In this document: piece after piece, positions 19,727-31,809 of the stretch
Position numbering within the stretch: the first letter of the stretch is position 1
Layout of the letters: each line of letters opens with the position of its first letter
NCBI GenBank assembly: GCA_902826065.1
Contig: CADEDM010000006.1
Location: 836-64,835, forward strand
DNA: 64,000 bases
Source: an uncultured Acidobacteriota bacterium
GTDB taxonomy: Bacteria; Acidobacteriota; Vicinamibacteria; Vicinamibacterales; UBA2999
Reading direction: 5' to 3'
Notes under the pieces: model-generated
What the model was told of the DNA's origin: nothing
Seen by the model: the letters and a program-made list of their open reading frames with translations, nothing else
The model's database searches: none
Program-made: the position numbers and the translations under genes

Positions 19727-21472
19727 ATGAAAGGCCGTTCTCATCCCCCGCCGGGTGTGTATTTCTTCACCGCCCTGGGTGGCGTGCTGCTCGCCGTGTG
19801 GGTAGCAGCCCAGCCGTCGCCATTGACGACGCTGTCGATCGTCGGCACCACCGACCTCCACGGCTACGTTTTCCCGCGCGACGGCGCCGGCGGCGTGGTG
19901 CTGCTCGGGGGCTATCTGGCGCGGCTGCGCGCCGCACGCCTCGCGGACCGCGGCGGCGTCGTACTGGTCGACGCCGGGGATACCTGGCTCGGCGGTGTCG
20001 AGGCCAACATGTCCGAGGGCGCGGTCGTCGTCGACGCCTACAACGCGCTCGGCTACACGGCCGCGGCGGTGGGCAATCACGACCTCGAGTTCGGCGCGGT
20101 CGACCCGTGGTGGGCGCGTCCCGGTGAACCGGCGGACCTGCGCGGCGCACTCAAGGCCCGAGCGCACCAGGCCCGCTTCCCGTTCCTCGCCGCCAACCTC
20201 GTCGACGTCGCGACCGGGCAGCCGGTGAACTGGCCGAACGTCCGCCGTTCGGCGCTGGTGGAGATCGCGGGCGTGCGCGTGGGCCTCGTCGGCGTGATGA
20301 CGCTCGACGCGTTGTCGATGACGCTGGCGCCGAACGTCGTCGGGCTGACGACCTCGCCTCTGGCGCCGGCGATCGAACACGAGGCGACGTCCCTCCGTGG
20401 CCGCGGCGCGCAGGTGGTGGTGGTCGTGGCGCATGCCGGCGGCTGGTGCAGCGGGTTCGCCGCGCCTGACGACGTATCGACGTGCGACGCGTCATCCGAG
20501 ATCTTCGAGGTCGCTCGCGCGCTTCCCGCCGGCCTCGTCGACGCGATCGCGGCCGGTCACACGCACGAGGCGATCGCGCACCGCGTCGCCGGGATTCCCA
20601 TCGCGCAGGCGTGGTCGTGGGGCCGCGCCTTCAGCCGCATCGACCTGCAGGTGGATCGCGCGACCGGCAGGGTCGCGGGGGCGCGGGTCTTCCCGCCGCA
20701 GGATCTCTGCGCGTGGCGCGACACCCGCACCGGCCGCTGCGCGCCGGCCCCGGGGCCCGACACCGCGGCCGCGGAGTACGAGGGCGGCGTGGTGACGCCG
20801 GACGCGGCGGTGACGCAGGCAATGGCGCCGGCACTCGCGCGCATCCGGGCCGTGCGCGACACGGTGCTCGGGCCGGCGCTGGACGCGCCGGTCGGGCGCG
20901 GGCCGGGGGACGGCGACTCGCCGCTGGGCAACGTGTTCGCCGACGCGATCCGGTCGGCGGTGCCTGGCGCCGCCGCGGCGCTGAGCTACGGCGCGGGCCC
21001 CGGCGGCTTGCGCGCCGACCTGCGCTCCGGTCCCGTGACCGTCGGCGCCGTCTACGACGCGTTTCCGTACGACAACCGCATCGAGGTTCGCCGCCTGACC
21101 GGCGCGGAGCTCACGCGTCTCGTCGGCGATCACATGGCGCGGCCGCGCTTCCGCTCGCGGGCGCTGGGCCTGTCGGGCCTGCGGGTGGCCGTCAGCTGCG
21201 TCGACGGACGCGACCACGTGACCTTGTCGAACGCCACCGGACAGGTGCTGCCGGACGACGTCCCCCTGGTCGTGGCGATGACGGACTTTCTCGGCAGTCG
21301 CGTACGGGCCTTGAAGCTCGGCGCCGAGGTGCCGCTGCCCGAGGCGCCGCTGTTGCGTGACGCGGCGGCGACGTGGATTCGCAGCCAGCGCGGCGCGGAC
21401 CTGACGGGCGTCACCGCGGCGCCGCGCTGGAGCCGCGCCCCCGGCGCGCCGGCGTCCTGCACCACGCCTTGA
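19727..21472 (+). CDS. secreted bifunctional metallophosphoesterase/5'-nucleotidase (UshA-like)
   Basis: Signal/anchor GVYFFTALGGVLLAVWVAA. Calcineurin-like motifs GTTDLHG, DAGDTWLGG, VGNHDLEFG, VVAHAG and AAGHTHE. A C-terminal 5'-nucleotidase substrate domain. ATG 19718 is an alternative start. Confidence 0.8.
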   Translation: MKGRSHPPPGVYFFTALGGVLLAVWVAAQPSPLTTLSIVGTTDLHGYVFPRDGAGGVVLLGGYLARLRAARLADRGGVVLVDAGDTWLGGVEANMSEGAVVVDAYNALGYTAAAVGNHDLEFGAVDPWWARPGEPADLRGALKARAHQARFPFLAANLVDVATGQPVNWPNVRRSALVEIAGVRVGLVGVMTLDALSMTLAPNVVGLTTSPLAPAIEHEATSLRGRGAQVVVVVAHAGGWCSGFAAPDDVSTCDASSEIFEVARALPAGLVDAIAAGHTHEAIAHRVAGIPIAQAWSWGRAFSRIDLQVDRATGRVAGARVFPPQDLCAWRDTRTGRCAPAPGPDTAAAEYEGGVVTPDAAVTQAMAPALARIRAVRDTVLGPALDAPVGRGPGDGDSPLGNVFADAIRSAVPGAAAALSYGAGPGGLRADLRSGPVTVGAVYDAFPYDNRIEVRRLTGAELTRLVGDHMARPRFRSRALGLSGLRVAVSCVDGRDHVTLSNATGQVLPDDVPLVVAMTDFLGSRVRALKLGAEVPLPEAPLLRDAAATWIRSQRGADLTGVTAAPRWSRAPGAPASCTTP

Positions 21473-21477
21473 CGGCG

Positions 21478-22392
21478 TCAGCGATTGCCCGGGCGCCGTG
21501 CGATGACGAGGCGGTAGCGGACGAGTCCTCGAGCATAGAGCCGCTCGAGGTGCAGGCCGCCGAGGATCGCCTCATGCAGCACCCGGGCCGGCGTCCGCGT
21601 CGCCATCGGCGCGACCGCCCGCGTGGCGAGGAGTCGCAGTGCCAGGCTGATCGCCGCGCGGCGCGGCACCGACGCGGTGAGGTCGGCGTCGAGCACGACG
21701 GTCAGCCCGGCCTGTGCCAGTGCGGCGTCGACCGCGCCGGTCGATGCGACATGCGGCGCGTGCCATCCGCGACGGAACCCGGCGAGATCGGTGTCGTTGT
21801 CGGCCACGCCGTCAGCGGGCATGTCGTCGACGACGACCAGGCGTCCCTGCGGACGCAGCCGGGCGGCGAGCCGGCCGATGGTCGCCGCGGGATCCGGCGC
21901 GTGCGCCAGCGACTCGATCGCCACGATGACGTCCGCGCCTGCGGGCAGCAGGTCGTCGAGCGGGCCGTCGTAGTCGCGCACGGCGAATCGGCAGGCCGCG
22001 TCGACGCCGCGCCGTGCCGCCTCCGCGGTGGCGCGCGCCGCCTGCTCGGGGCTCAGCGTGAGGCCAATCGCGCGGCCGCCGAGGTGCGCATGCAGGAAGA
22101 ACGCCGTGCCGCCGAGGCCGCAGCCGGCATCGAGCACCAGCGGGCCATCGCCGGTGGCGTCCACGCCAACAGGGTGGGTCGCCGTGGCACCCAGGCCCGC
22201 GAGCAGATGCGCGTGCAGCACGTCACCGGACACCTCGCCCGATGCACTCCGCAGACGGCGGTGCACGGTGAGCGTACGCTGGCCGGTGTCGTGCCCGATC
22301 CAGCGCATCGCGTCCTGGAAGCGCGACAGCCACGCGTAGTACCGGGGGACATCCGTCGACGGCGGACGCGCGGAGACAGGACCGGCGGTCAC
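21478..22392 (-). CDS. class I SAM-dependent methyltransferase
   Basis: SAM motif LVLDAGCGLGGTAFFL and post-I LTLSPEQ. Lies 7 nt downstream of the reductase gene. Confidence 0.75.
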   Translation of the reverse strand: MTAGPVSARPPSTDVPRYYAWLSRFQDAMRWIGHDTGQRTLTVHRRLRSASGEVSGDVLHAHLLAGLGATATHPVGVDATGDGPLVLDAGCGLGGTAFFLHAHLGGRAIGLTLSPEQAARATAEAARRGVDAACRFAVRDYDGPLDDLLPAGADVIVAIESLAHAPDPAATIGRLAARLRPQGRLVVVDDMPADGVADNDTDLAGFRRGWHAPHVASTGAVDAALAQAGLTVVLDADLTASVPRRAAISLALRLLATRAVAPMATRTPARVLHEAILGGLHLERLYARGLVRYRLVIARRPGNR

Positions 22393-22399
22393 GCCGCCC

Positions 22400-23410
22400 T
22401 CAACGCAGCAGGCCGCTGACGCGCACCAGCGTGCGGCCGGTGACGCGGCGCGCGGTATAGCCGTCGAAGGCGCCGGCGAGATCGCGCAGATCGACGCTAC
22501 GCTGCGCGATCGCCTCGATCATGGCGGACGAGACGTCGATGGCCAGCCGGGCCCAGGCCACGGTCCGCCGATCGGCTGGACACCACGTGGAGTGGATGCC
22601 GAGCAGGTTCACGCCGCGCAGGATGAAGGGCATCACCGTCGTCTGCAGCGCGTGGCTCGCCGCCAGGCCGACCGACGCCACGTTGCCCAGCGGCAGCGTC
22701 GAGGCGCACAGCCACGCGAGGACGTCGCCGCCGACGTTGTCGACGGCACCGGCCCACCGCGCCGACTCGAGCGGGCGCGATGTCGGAGGCATGTCGCCCG
22801 CGGCCAGCACGTCGTGCGCGCCCAGGGCCGTGAGATACGGCCCGGCGTCGGGTTTGCCGGTGATCGCGCTCACGCGGTAGCCGCGTGCGGCGAGCATCGC
22901 GACGGCGAAACTGCCGACGCCTCCGGTGGCGCCGGTCACGGCCACGGGCCCCAGGTCCGAGCGGAGCCCGTTGTGCTCCATGCGCTCGATCGCCAGGGCG
23001 GCGGTGAATCCCGCAGTGCCGATGGCCATGGCGTCACGCAGGCTGAGTGGCGCCGGCACGCGCACGATCCAGTCGCCCTGCACGTAGGCGCGCTCGGCGA
23101 ATCCGCCGTCGTGCTCTTCGCCCAGGCCGCAGCCCACCACTACGGCGGCGTCTCCCGGCGAGAAGCGCGGGTCGTTCGACGCCTCGACGATGCCGGCGAC
23201 GTCGATGCCGGCGGTCAGCGGGAAGCGGCGCATGATGCGGCCGGCGCCGGTGGCCGCCAGCGCGTCCTTGTAGTTGATCCCCGACCAGGCCACGGCGAGC
23301 GCGACCTCGCCGGGCGCCAGCGACGCGGCCGCGCGCACCGGCAGGGCCTCGAGTCGCGCCTGCACCCGGCCGGCGTCCTGATGGCAGCGAAGGGCGAGGA
23401 ACGTGGACAT
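22400..23410 (-). CDS. MDR-family NADPH:quinone/acrylyl-CoA reductase (YhdH/AcuI-type)
   Basis: SGINYKDALAATG, the PLTAGIDVAGIV motif and the GATGGVGSFAVAML Rossmann motif. I chose the start at MSTFLALR; the track ORF extends upstream through R/P-rich sequence. Confidence 0.8.
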   Translation of the reverse strand: MSTFLALRCHQDAGRVQARLEALPVRAAASLAPGEVALAVAWSGINYKDALAATGAGRIMRRFPLTAGIDVAGIVEASNDPRFSPGDAAVVVGCGLGEEHDGGFAERAYVQGDWIVRVPAPLSLRDAMAIGTAGFTAALAIERMEHNGLRSDLGPVAVTGATGGVGSFAVAMLAARGYRVSAITGKPDAGPYLTALGAHDVLAAGDMPPTSRPLESARWAGAVDNVGGDVLAWLCASTLPLGNVASVGLAASHALQTTVMPFILRGVNLLGIHSTWCPADRRTVAWARLAIDVSSAMIEAIAQRSVDLRDLAGAFDGYTARRVTGRTLVRVSGLLR

Positions 23411-23621
23411 CGACCGGCCGATTCTGTCATAGCGTCTCGACGCTGCCGGCACCTCGCTGGGCCGCCGCCACCACATCGCCGCGCCGAGACATCTGTCAGG
23501 GCATGGACGCCATCCCGATACTGGAAGCGGAGCGGCTGAACGCGGCCGCCCGACTGTTGCGGCCCAGTGGTGACCTCGATCGCACGGACGCACAGCGCCG
23601 CGTTCGCGGACTCACGGCCCG

Positions 23622-24458
23622 CTAGCGCACGACCGACGTGCGCAGGCGCGTGATGGCCCCGGGCACCGCCGACGGTCCCTGCACGAACGCGCCGCCGGTG
23701 GCCGACGCGAGCTCGTCGAGACTGCGGCGCTTGAGCGTGCGCAGATCCACATCCGCCGCGAGATTCGCCGGTGGCGGGTCCGCCGCCAGCAGGCCGGGGT
23801 CTCGCGCGTCGAATGCCATGACCGGCGTCTGTGTCGCCTGCGCCGCAGCGATGACCTCGGCCACGAGCGTCCGTACCGCGTCACGCTCGGGCCCCATGCG
23901 CACGAGCGGCGGACCGAGCGTCGGTGCGTCGCCGAGTTGATCGGCAGCGACCGCCACGCCCTCACTGACGATCACGAGCACGGTGCGGCCGCGAGGGTCG
24001 ACCGTGGCGTCGAGCCAGTCGCGCAGCGTCGTCAGCGCCACCGTCGCCCGATAGATGACCTCGCGGCCAGCACCGGGAGGGCGAGGGGCGAGCCACGACT
24101 GGACGACGTCGTCGTCGCGCAGGCCTTTGCCCGTGATGCGCGTGATGGCGTCGAGCTGTCGCGGGCGGTCGATAAGGGTCTTGCCCTCGAGGCCCGACGG
24201 CCCGTCGGAACGCATGGCGACGGCGTCACCGTAGGCGTCGATCCCGTCCAGCAGGCGGCGCACCGCGGTGCGGATGGTCCCCGTGCGGACGAACCGCAGG
24301 TGCAGGTCGTCGATGAACACGAGCCATCGCACCCCTGGCGGACCCGTCTGTGTCGCGGTGGACGACGCTTCGGCCGCGACCACGCGCCGGGCGCCCGCCG
24401 TCGGCGATCGGGCAAGCACGACCGCGACGAGGGCCATCGCCGTGAACGACGTCCGCAT
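23622..24458 (-). CDS. secreted VWFA-related protein with degenerate MIDAS
   Basis: Signal peptide MRTSFTAMALVAVVLA. Strand pattern WLVFIDDLHLRF ... TVLVIVSEGV ... PVMAFDARD ... ATGGAFV matches the VWA-like layout of the 56455 protein, but DxSxS is replaced by DDLHL. Confidence 0.6.
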   Translation of the reverse strand: MRTSFTAMALVAVVLARSPTAGARRVVAAEASSTATQTGPPGVRWLVFIDDLHLRFVRTGTIRTAVRRLLDGIDAYGDAVAMRSDGPSGLEGKTLIDRPRQLDAITRITGKGLRDDDVVQSWLAPRPPGAGREVIYRATVALTTLRDWLDATVDPRGRTVLVIVSEGVAVAADQLGDAPTLGPPLVRMGPERDAVRTLVAEVIAAAQATQTPVMAFDARDPGLLAADPPPANLAADVDLRTLKRRSLDELASATGGAFVQGPSAVPGAITRLRTSVVR

Positions 24459-24532
24459 GTCGGGTGGTCAGACGGCAGGACGCGCCGTCCGGCCGGGACG
24501 CGGCCCGGCGTTCGTCGCCGGCCGGCGGCGGG

Positions 24533-24538
24533 TATCAT
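24533..24538 (+). promoter_or_regulatory. -10-like hexamer TATCAT upstream of the peroxidase gene
   Basis: An isolated AT-rich hexamer in GC-rich intergenic DNA, 18 nt before ATG 24557. Confidence 0.3.
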
Positions 24539-24556
24539 GCCGCCGGGTCTGTCCCT

Positions 24557-25654
24557 ATGTCCGCGCGAATCGCCGCCGCTGCCGTGCTGCTGACCGCGTT
24601 CGTGCTGATCGCCGCGGGCTGCGTTGTCGGGCCGTCGCGGACCGCTCTCGAGCGCGACAACCCGGTGCGCCCGCTGACCGCGCCGCCGTTGGGGATGGAG
24701 GAGTTCTTCGCCGAGGCGCCGCAGCAGCCGGATCCGGCGCGCGCGCGGCTGGGGCGATGGCTGTTCTACGACGCGCGCCTGTCGGCCGATGGCACCGTGT
24801 CGTGCGCCACGTGTCACCGCCCGGATCACGCCTTCTCCGAGCCGCTCGCCGTGTCGGTCGGCGTCGGCGGCCGCACCGGACGCCGCAAGGCGATGAGCAT
24901 CGTGAACCTGGCCGCGCGCACGACGCTGGTCGACACGCCGGAGCTCGAGCGCTCGCACGCGTTCTTCTGGGACGGCCGTGTCGTCGGCCTCGATGCGCAG
25001 GTGCTGCGCCCGCTCGCCGATCCGACGGAGATGGCGATGCAACTCCCGGCGGCGGTGGCACGGCTCGACGGAATCCGCGGCTACCGCCAGTACTTCCGCG
25101 ACGCCTTCGGCACGGCGACGATCTCGCCCGACCGGGTGGGCGCGGCCATCGCCGACTACGTCCGCACGCTCCGCAGCGGCGGCTCCGCCTACGACCGCTG
25201 GGCAGCCGGGGACGCGTCGGCGATGTCGGTCGCCGCCCAGCGCGGCAGCGACATCTTCTTCTTCCGCGGCAACTGCGCGTCGTGTCACGCCGGCTTCAAT
25301 TTCTCCGACGGCCGCTACTCCAACCTCGGGATCGGATGGGACGCCGCCGCGGGCACGTTTCGCGACGACGGACGGCTCGCCGTCACCGGCAATCCGGCCG
25401 ACCGCGGCCGCTTCAAGACGCCCGCGTTGCGCGACGTCACGCGCCACGCCCCCTACATGCACGACGGATCGCTGGCGACGCTGCGTGACGTGGTGGCGTT
25501 CTACGGCCGCGGCGGCACCCCGAACCCCTGGCGCACGCAGCGGCTCAGGCCGTTGGGGCTCACCGCGCAGGACATCGACGACCTGATCGCGTTCCTCGAG
25601 GCGCTCGACAGCGATCGGGTCGCGGACGTGGCGCCGCGCGTGTTCCCGCAGTAA
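24557..25654 (+). CDS. di-haem cytochrome c peroxidase (CCP/MauG family)
   Basis: Two CxxCH motifs (CATCHRP, CASCHAG) and FKTPALRDVTRHAPYMHDGSLATLRDVVAFY. Signal/lipoprotein-like start MSARIAAAAVLLTAFVLIAAGC. Confidence 0.9.
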   Translation: MSARIAAAAVLLTAFVLIAAGCVVGPSRTALERDNPVRPLTAPPLGMEEFFAEAPQQPDPARARLGRWLFYDARLSADGTVSCATCHRPDHAFSEPLAVSVGVGGRTGRRKAMSIVNLAARTTLVDTPELERSHAFFWDGRVVGLDAQVLRPLADPTEMAMQLPAAVARLDGIRGYRQYFRDAFGTATISPDRVGAAIADYVRTLRSGGSAYDRWAAGDASAMSVAAQRGSDIFFFRGNCASCHAGFNFSDGRYSNLGIGWDAAAGTFRDDGRLAVTGNPADRGRFKTPALRDVTRHAPYMHDGSLATLRDVVAFYGRGGTPNPWRTQRLRPLGLTAQDIDDLIAFLEALDSDRVADVAPRVFPQ

Positions 25655-25669
25655 CGGCGCGAGGCGCCG
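25655..25669. terminator. short hairpin exactly filling the gap between convergent genes
   Basis: CGGCGC-gag-GCGCCG lies between the peroxidase stop and the folA stop. There is no U-tract. Confidence 0.3.
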
Positions 25670-26161
25670 TCAGCGCCGTTCGAGCGTGACGAAGCTCACG
25701 GCGTGCGCGTTCCGCTCGTCGGCCGGGCGCGACTCGCGCGCAACTTCGCGCCACGCGGCGGGATCGAGGGCGGGGAAGTGCGTGTCGCCGTCGACCTCGG
25801 CGTGCACCTCCGTGAGGTGGATGCGGCGGGCCCGCGGCAGGGCGGCCGCGTAGATCTCACCGCCGCCGATCACCATGGCCTCCGCGGCATCGCCGCACGC
25901 GTCCAGCGCCTCGTCGAGCGAGTGCACCACGGTGATGCCTGTGGCGCGAAAGGCGCGGTCGCGCGTGACCACGACGTTCGTGCGTCCAGGCAGTGGCCGG
26001 CCGATCGACGCGAACGTCTTGCGGCCCATCACGACCGGCTTGCCCATCGTGACGCGCTTGAAGTGCGCCAGGTCCGCGGGCAAGTGCCACGGCATCCGGT
26101 TGTCGCGGCCGATGACCCTGCCATCGGCCATCGCCACCATCAGCGTGACGACCGGCGTCAC
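25670..26161 (-). CDS. folA: dihydrofolate reductase
   Basis: [45 protein letters not shown] and VIGGGEIY. The GTG start forms a GTGA overlap with the thyA stop. Confidence 0.9.
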   Translation of the reverse strand: MTPVVTLMVAMADGRVIGRDNRMPWHLPADLAHFKRVTMGKPVVMGRKTFASIGRPLPGRTNVVVTRDRAFRATGITVVHSLDEALDACGDAAEAMVIGGGEIYAAALPRARRIHLTEVHAEVDGDTHFPALDPAAWREVARESRPADERNAHAVSFVTLERR

Positions 26162-26952
26162 ACTGCGACCGGCGCCTTGATGGCGGGATGACTCTGATAG
26201 CCCACGACCGCGACATCCTCGAACGCGTAGTCGAACAGCGTCGGCGGCCGGCGGGCGAGGTGCAGCGTCGGCAACGGCAACGGCGCGCGGGTGAGCTGCA
26301 GGTCCACCTGCTCGAGGTGGTTGGTGTAGAGGTGGCAGTCTCCACCGGTCCAGACGAAGTCGCCGACCTCGAGGTCGCACTGTTGCGCGACCATGTGCGT
26401 GAGCAGTGCGTACGACGCGATGTTGAACGGCACGCCGAGGAAGAGATCCGCCGAGCGTTGATAGAGCTGGCACGACAGCCGGCCCTCGGCCACGAAGAAC
26501 TGGAACAGCGCGTGGCAGGGCAGCAGCGCCATGCGATCGAGGTCGGCGACGTTCCAGGCCGAGACCAGGATGCGCCGCGAGTCGGGCGTGGTGCGCAGTT
26601 GCTCGACGACGCGGGCGATCTGGTCGATGTGACGGCCGTCGGGCGCCGGCCACGAGCGCCACTGGTAACCGTAGACCGGGCCGAGCTCGCCGCTGGCGTC
26701 GGCCCACTCGTCCCAGATGGTCACGCCGTGTTCGCGCAAGTAGCGCGTGTTGGTCTCGCCGCGCAGGAACCAGAGCAGCTCGTGGACGATGCTCTTCAGG
26801 TGCAGCTTCTTGGTGGTGACCATCGGGAAGCCGGCCCCGAGATCGAACCGCAGCTGGTGCCCGAACACGGCCAGGGTGCCCGTCCCCGTGCGGTCGGTCT
26901 TGCGCACGCCGTGGGTGCGCACGTGGCGCAGCAGATCGAGGTAGGACTGCAC
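26158..26952 (-). CDS. thyA: thymidylate synthase
   Basis: [42 protein letters not shown] (catalytic Cys) and [16 protein letters not shown]. Confidence 0.97.
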   Translation of the reverse strand: MQSYLDLLRHVRTHGVRKTDRTGTGTLAVFGHQLRFDLGAGFPMVTTKKLHLKSIVHELLWFLRGETNTRYLREHGVTIWDEWADASGELGPVYGYQWRSWPAPDGRHIDQIARVVEQLRTTPDSRRILVSAWNVADLDRMALLPCHALFQFFVAEGRLSCQLYQRSADLFLGVPFNIASYALLTHMVAQQCDLEVGDFVWTGGDCHLYTNHLEQVDLQLTRAPLPLPTLHLARRPPTLFDYAFEDVAVVGYQSHPAIKAPVAV

Positions 26953-26995
26953 GACGGTTCCGACCGGAGATTGTACCGCGCGGCGGCCGCGCGCG

Positions 26996-27943
26996 TCAGG
27001 CGCGGACCGTCAGCGTCTCGCCGATGGCCCGGATGCCGAGGCGGCCCTGTTCCGCGTCGAGCATCCGCACCGCGCGTTCGATCGGATCCATCACCGGCTC
27101 GCGGCTCAACTTGAACGACTGGTGGTGCACCGGCACGATGAGGCGCGCGCCGGCGGCATCGGCCATGGCGATGGCCTGCTCGGGCGTGCAGTGATTCGAG
27201 ATCCAGGGGTCGTAGGCGCCGATCGGCATGACCGCGGCCTCGAAGGGACCGAAGGCGCGATGGTCGCGGAACACGCGCGTCTCGGCGGTGTCGCCGCCAA
27301 TCAGCAGCCGTCGGCCCTCGCGTTCCACCACCCAGCCGCCGTAGCCGCGCCAGTCGTCGCGGCCGAGCCGGGCGCCCCAGTGGCGCACCTCGAGTGCGCG
27401 GACGCGCGCCTCGCCGTGCGGGGTCGAGACCGTGACCGTCTCGTTCCAGCGGAGTTCGTGCACGGCCGCGTAGGCTCGCCGCGGCAGCAGGTCGGCGGTG
27501 CCGGCGGACATCACGGCCGTTGGCCGGCCGCGGACGGCGGCGAGCGACGGCGTGTCGAGGTGATCGAAATGCGCGTGCGACACCAGGACCAGGTCGACGT
27601 CCGGCAACGCGTCGGGTTCGAGCGCGCAGCGCACCAGGCGCTTCGGCCCCAGGCTGCCGACGGCGAGGTCGACGCCGATGCGATCGAACAGCACGGGATC
27701 GGTCAGGATGCGCAGCCCGTAGAAGTTCACGAGCACCGTGGCGTGCCCCAGCCACGCCATCGTGATCGCATTCGGCTCCCACGTGTGAGGCGTGGGACGG
27801 AACGGCGCCGGCGGCACGTCGCGCCCGATTTCCTGCACTCGTTCCCTGAGGAATCGGGCCGCCCACGACGACGAGAGGCTGGTCCATAGGCCCGCCCCGG
27901 CAAGCGTGCCGGTGGTCAGGACGGTCCGGCGGCTGACGGGCAT
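26996..27943 (-). CDS. TAT-exported MBL-fold metallo-hydrolase
   Basis: Twin-arginine signal [20 protein letters not shown]. Metal motif [12 protein letters not shown]. Confidence 0.8.
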   Translation of the reverse strand: MPVSRRTVLTTGTLAGAGLWTSLSSSWAARFLRERVQEIGRDVPPAPFRPTPHTWEPNAITMAWLGHATVLVNFYGLRILTDPVLFDRIGVDLAVGSLGPKRLVRCALEPDALPDVDLVLVSHAHFDHLDTPSLAAVRGRPTAVMSAGTADLLPRRAYAAVHELRWNETVTVSTPHGEARVRALEVRHWGARLGRDDWRGYGGWVVEREGRRLLIGGDTAETRVFRDHRAFGPFEAAVMPIGAYDPWISNHCTPEQAIAMADAAGARLIVPVHHQSFKLSREPVMDPIERAVRMLDAEQGRLGIRAIGETLTVRA

Positions 27944-28004
27944 TCACTCAATCTGACTCCACCGGCGGGCGATTCGTTCCGGCCGGCGCCACGCCAGATC
28001 GCCC

Positions 28005-28029
28005 TTGGAGTCATTCCAGTATTTGATCT

Positions 28030-28032
<3 letters not shown>
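28005..28032 (+). promoter_or_regulatory. AT-rich promoter/operator abutting the Fur-family start codon
   Basis: TTGGAGTCATTCCAGTATTTGATCTATG is the most AT-rich stretch of this intergenic region. TGGAGTCA is the inverted partner of TGACTCCA at 27954-27961. Confidence 0.35.
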
Positions 28033-30748
<2,716 letters not shown>

Positions 30749-30878
30749 CCATCGCGTTCGGGCCGGCGGCGACCGTCGGCCCGGACTCGATCCCGCGCGC
30801 GTGCCTGCACCACCGCTGGGTGGTGGCCGATACTCCGGACGACGCGTCCTGACGACGCGCCCGCACCCGGAGGAGCCC

Positions 30879-31712
30879 GTGATTGCACGCGCGTTCACGG
30901 CGGCCCTGGCGGCCGCCGCTCTCTCTCTTGCCAGTGCGGCGCCGGCCGCGGCGCAGGTCGTCGGCACCTTCAGCTGGCAGACGCAGCCGTACTGCAACGT
31001 CATCACCGTCACCGTCATCCAGCAGGGCGCGGCGTTTCAACTGACGGGCCTCGACAACCAGTGCGGCGGCGCGGCGTCGCCCGTGACCGGCACGGCGATC
31101 TTCTCCGGCGGCACCGTGCAGATGGGGATCGCGGTCGCGCTGGCGAACGGACGGGCCGTGAACCTGTCCACGTCCATCAGCCTCGGCACGCTTTCGGGCA
31201 CGTGGACCGACGACGCCAGCCTGGCCGGCACGTTCGTGTTCAACGGCAGCGGCGCCGGCGGAGGCGTGCGTCCCGCGCCGTCGACCGTGCGCACCGACAC
31301 CTACTTCCCCCAGGCTGTCACCTGGGAACAGCCATCGCTCTTCGTCTCGTCGTTCATCAACGAGTGCGTCCACAACACCACCGCCAACTCCGTGTTCGCG
31401 TTGATTCCGATCATGATGCCGGCCGGCAGCCGGCTGCTCTCGGTCGACACCATGGTGCTCGACGGCGCCGGCCCGACCACCTACAGCGTCGCCGTCCGCA
31501 AGATCACCTACTCGCCCTCGGGCGTGAGCGGGGCGAACGTGTTCTCGAGTGGCACGCTCGGTGCCGGGTCCGGTTTCGTGCATGCCGTCTACACGCCGGC
31601 CACGCCAGAGATTTCCACCCCACAGACGAACTATTACGTCCGGGTCGGAGGTTTCGGCAACAGCGCCAACGGGTTCTGTTCCGTGACCGTGACCTACGAT
31701 CCCCATCCGTAG
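30879..31712 (+). CDS. secreted protein, paralogue 1 of a 3-member family with a conserved PYCNV/QCG N-terminal module
   Basis: GGAGGAG precedes GTG 30879. Signal peptide ends AAPAAAQ. N-module: FSWQTQPYCNVITVTV...LDNQCGG...LSGTWTD...GTFVFNG. The C-terminal domain is unique to this copy. Confidence 0.7.
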   Translation: MIARAFTAALAAAALSLASAAPAAAQVVGTFSWQTQPYCNVITVTVIQQGAAFQLTGLDNQCGGAASPVTGTAIFSGGTVQMGIAVALANGRAVNLSTSISLGTLSGTWTDDASLAGTFVFNGSGAGGGVRPAPSTVRTDTYFPQAVTWEQPSLFVSSFINECVHNTTANSVFALIPIMMPAGSRLLSVDTMVLDGAGPTTYSVAVRKITYSPSGVSGANVFSSGTLGAGSGFVHAVYTPATPEISTPQTNYYVRVGGFGNSANGFCSVTVTYDPHP

Positions 31713-31767
31713 GCCGCGGCGGATCCCCGGCGATCGGTCCGCGTTGCGGGCGGTGGCCCGCCTTCGA

Positions 31768-31773
31768 TAGACT
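31768..31773 (+). promoter_or_regulatory. -10-like hexamer TAGACT
   Basis: One of three exact TAGACT hexamers in intergenic DNA. Lies 36 nt upstream of ATG 31810 and is preceded by the small hairpin GCGGGC-ggtg-GCCCGC (31746-31761). Confidence 0.3.
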
Positions 31774-31809
31774 GGGCGGCGCCGATCCGGCACTACGAGG
31801 TACCAATCA

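Noticed and set aside
19630-19728. Upstream ATG starts (19659, 19728) for the GH-A/GT2 fusion gene.
   Set aside because: They would place the AT-rich palindromic island inside the coding region and add an Arg/His-rich unconserved-looking leader. MSIAPRISGKFLEVDG resembles the usual start of such TIM-barrel domains. This remains uncertain without homologue alignment.
23503-23625. 40-codon + strand ORF (MDAIPILEAERLNAAARLLRPSGDLDRTDAQRRVRGLTAR) in the spacer between two minus-strand genes.
   Set aside because: It has no RBS and no recognisable motif. It overlaps the stop of the VWA-like gene, and its length is within chance expectation for this GC content.
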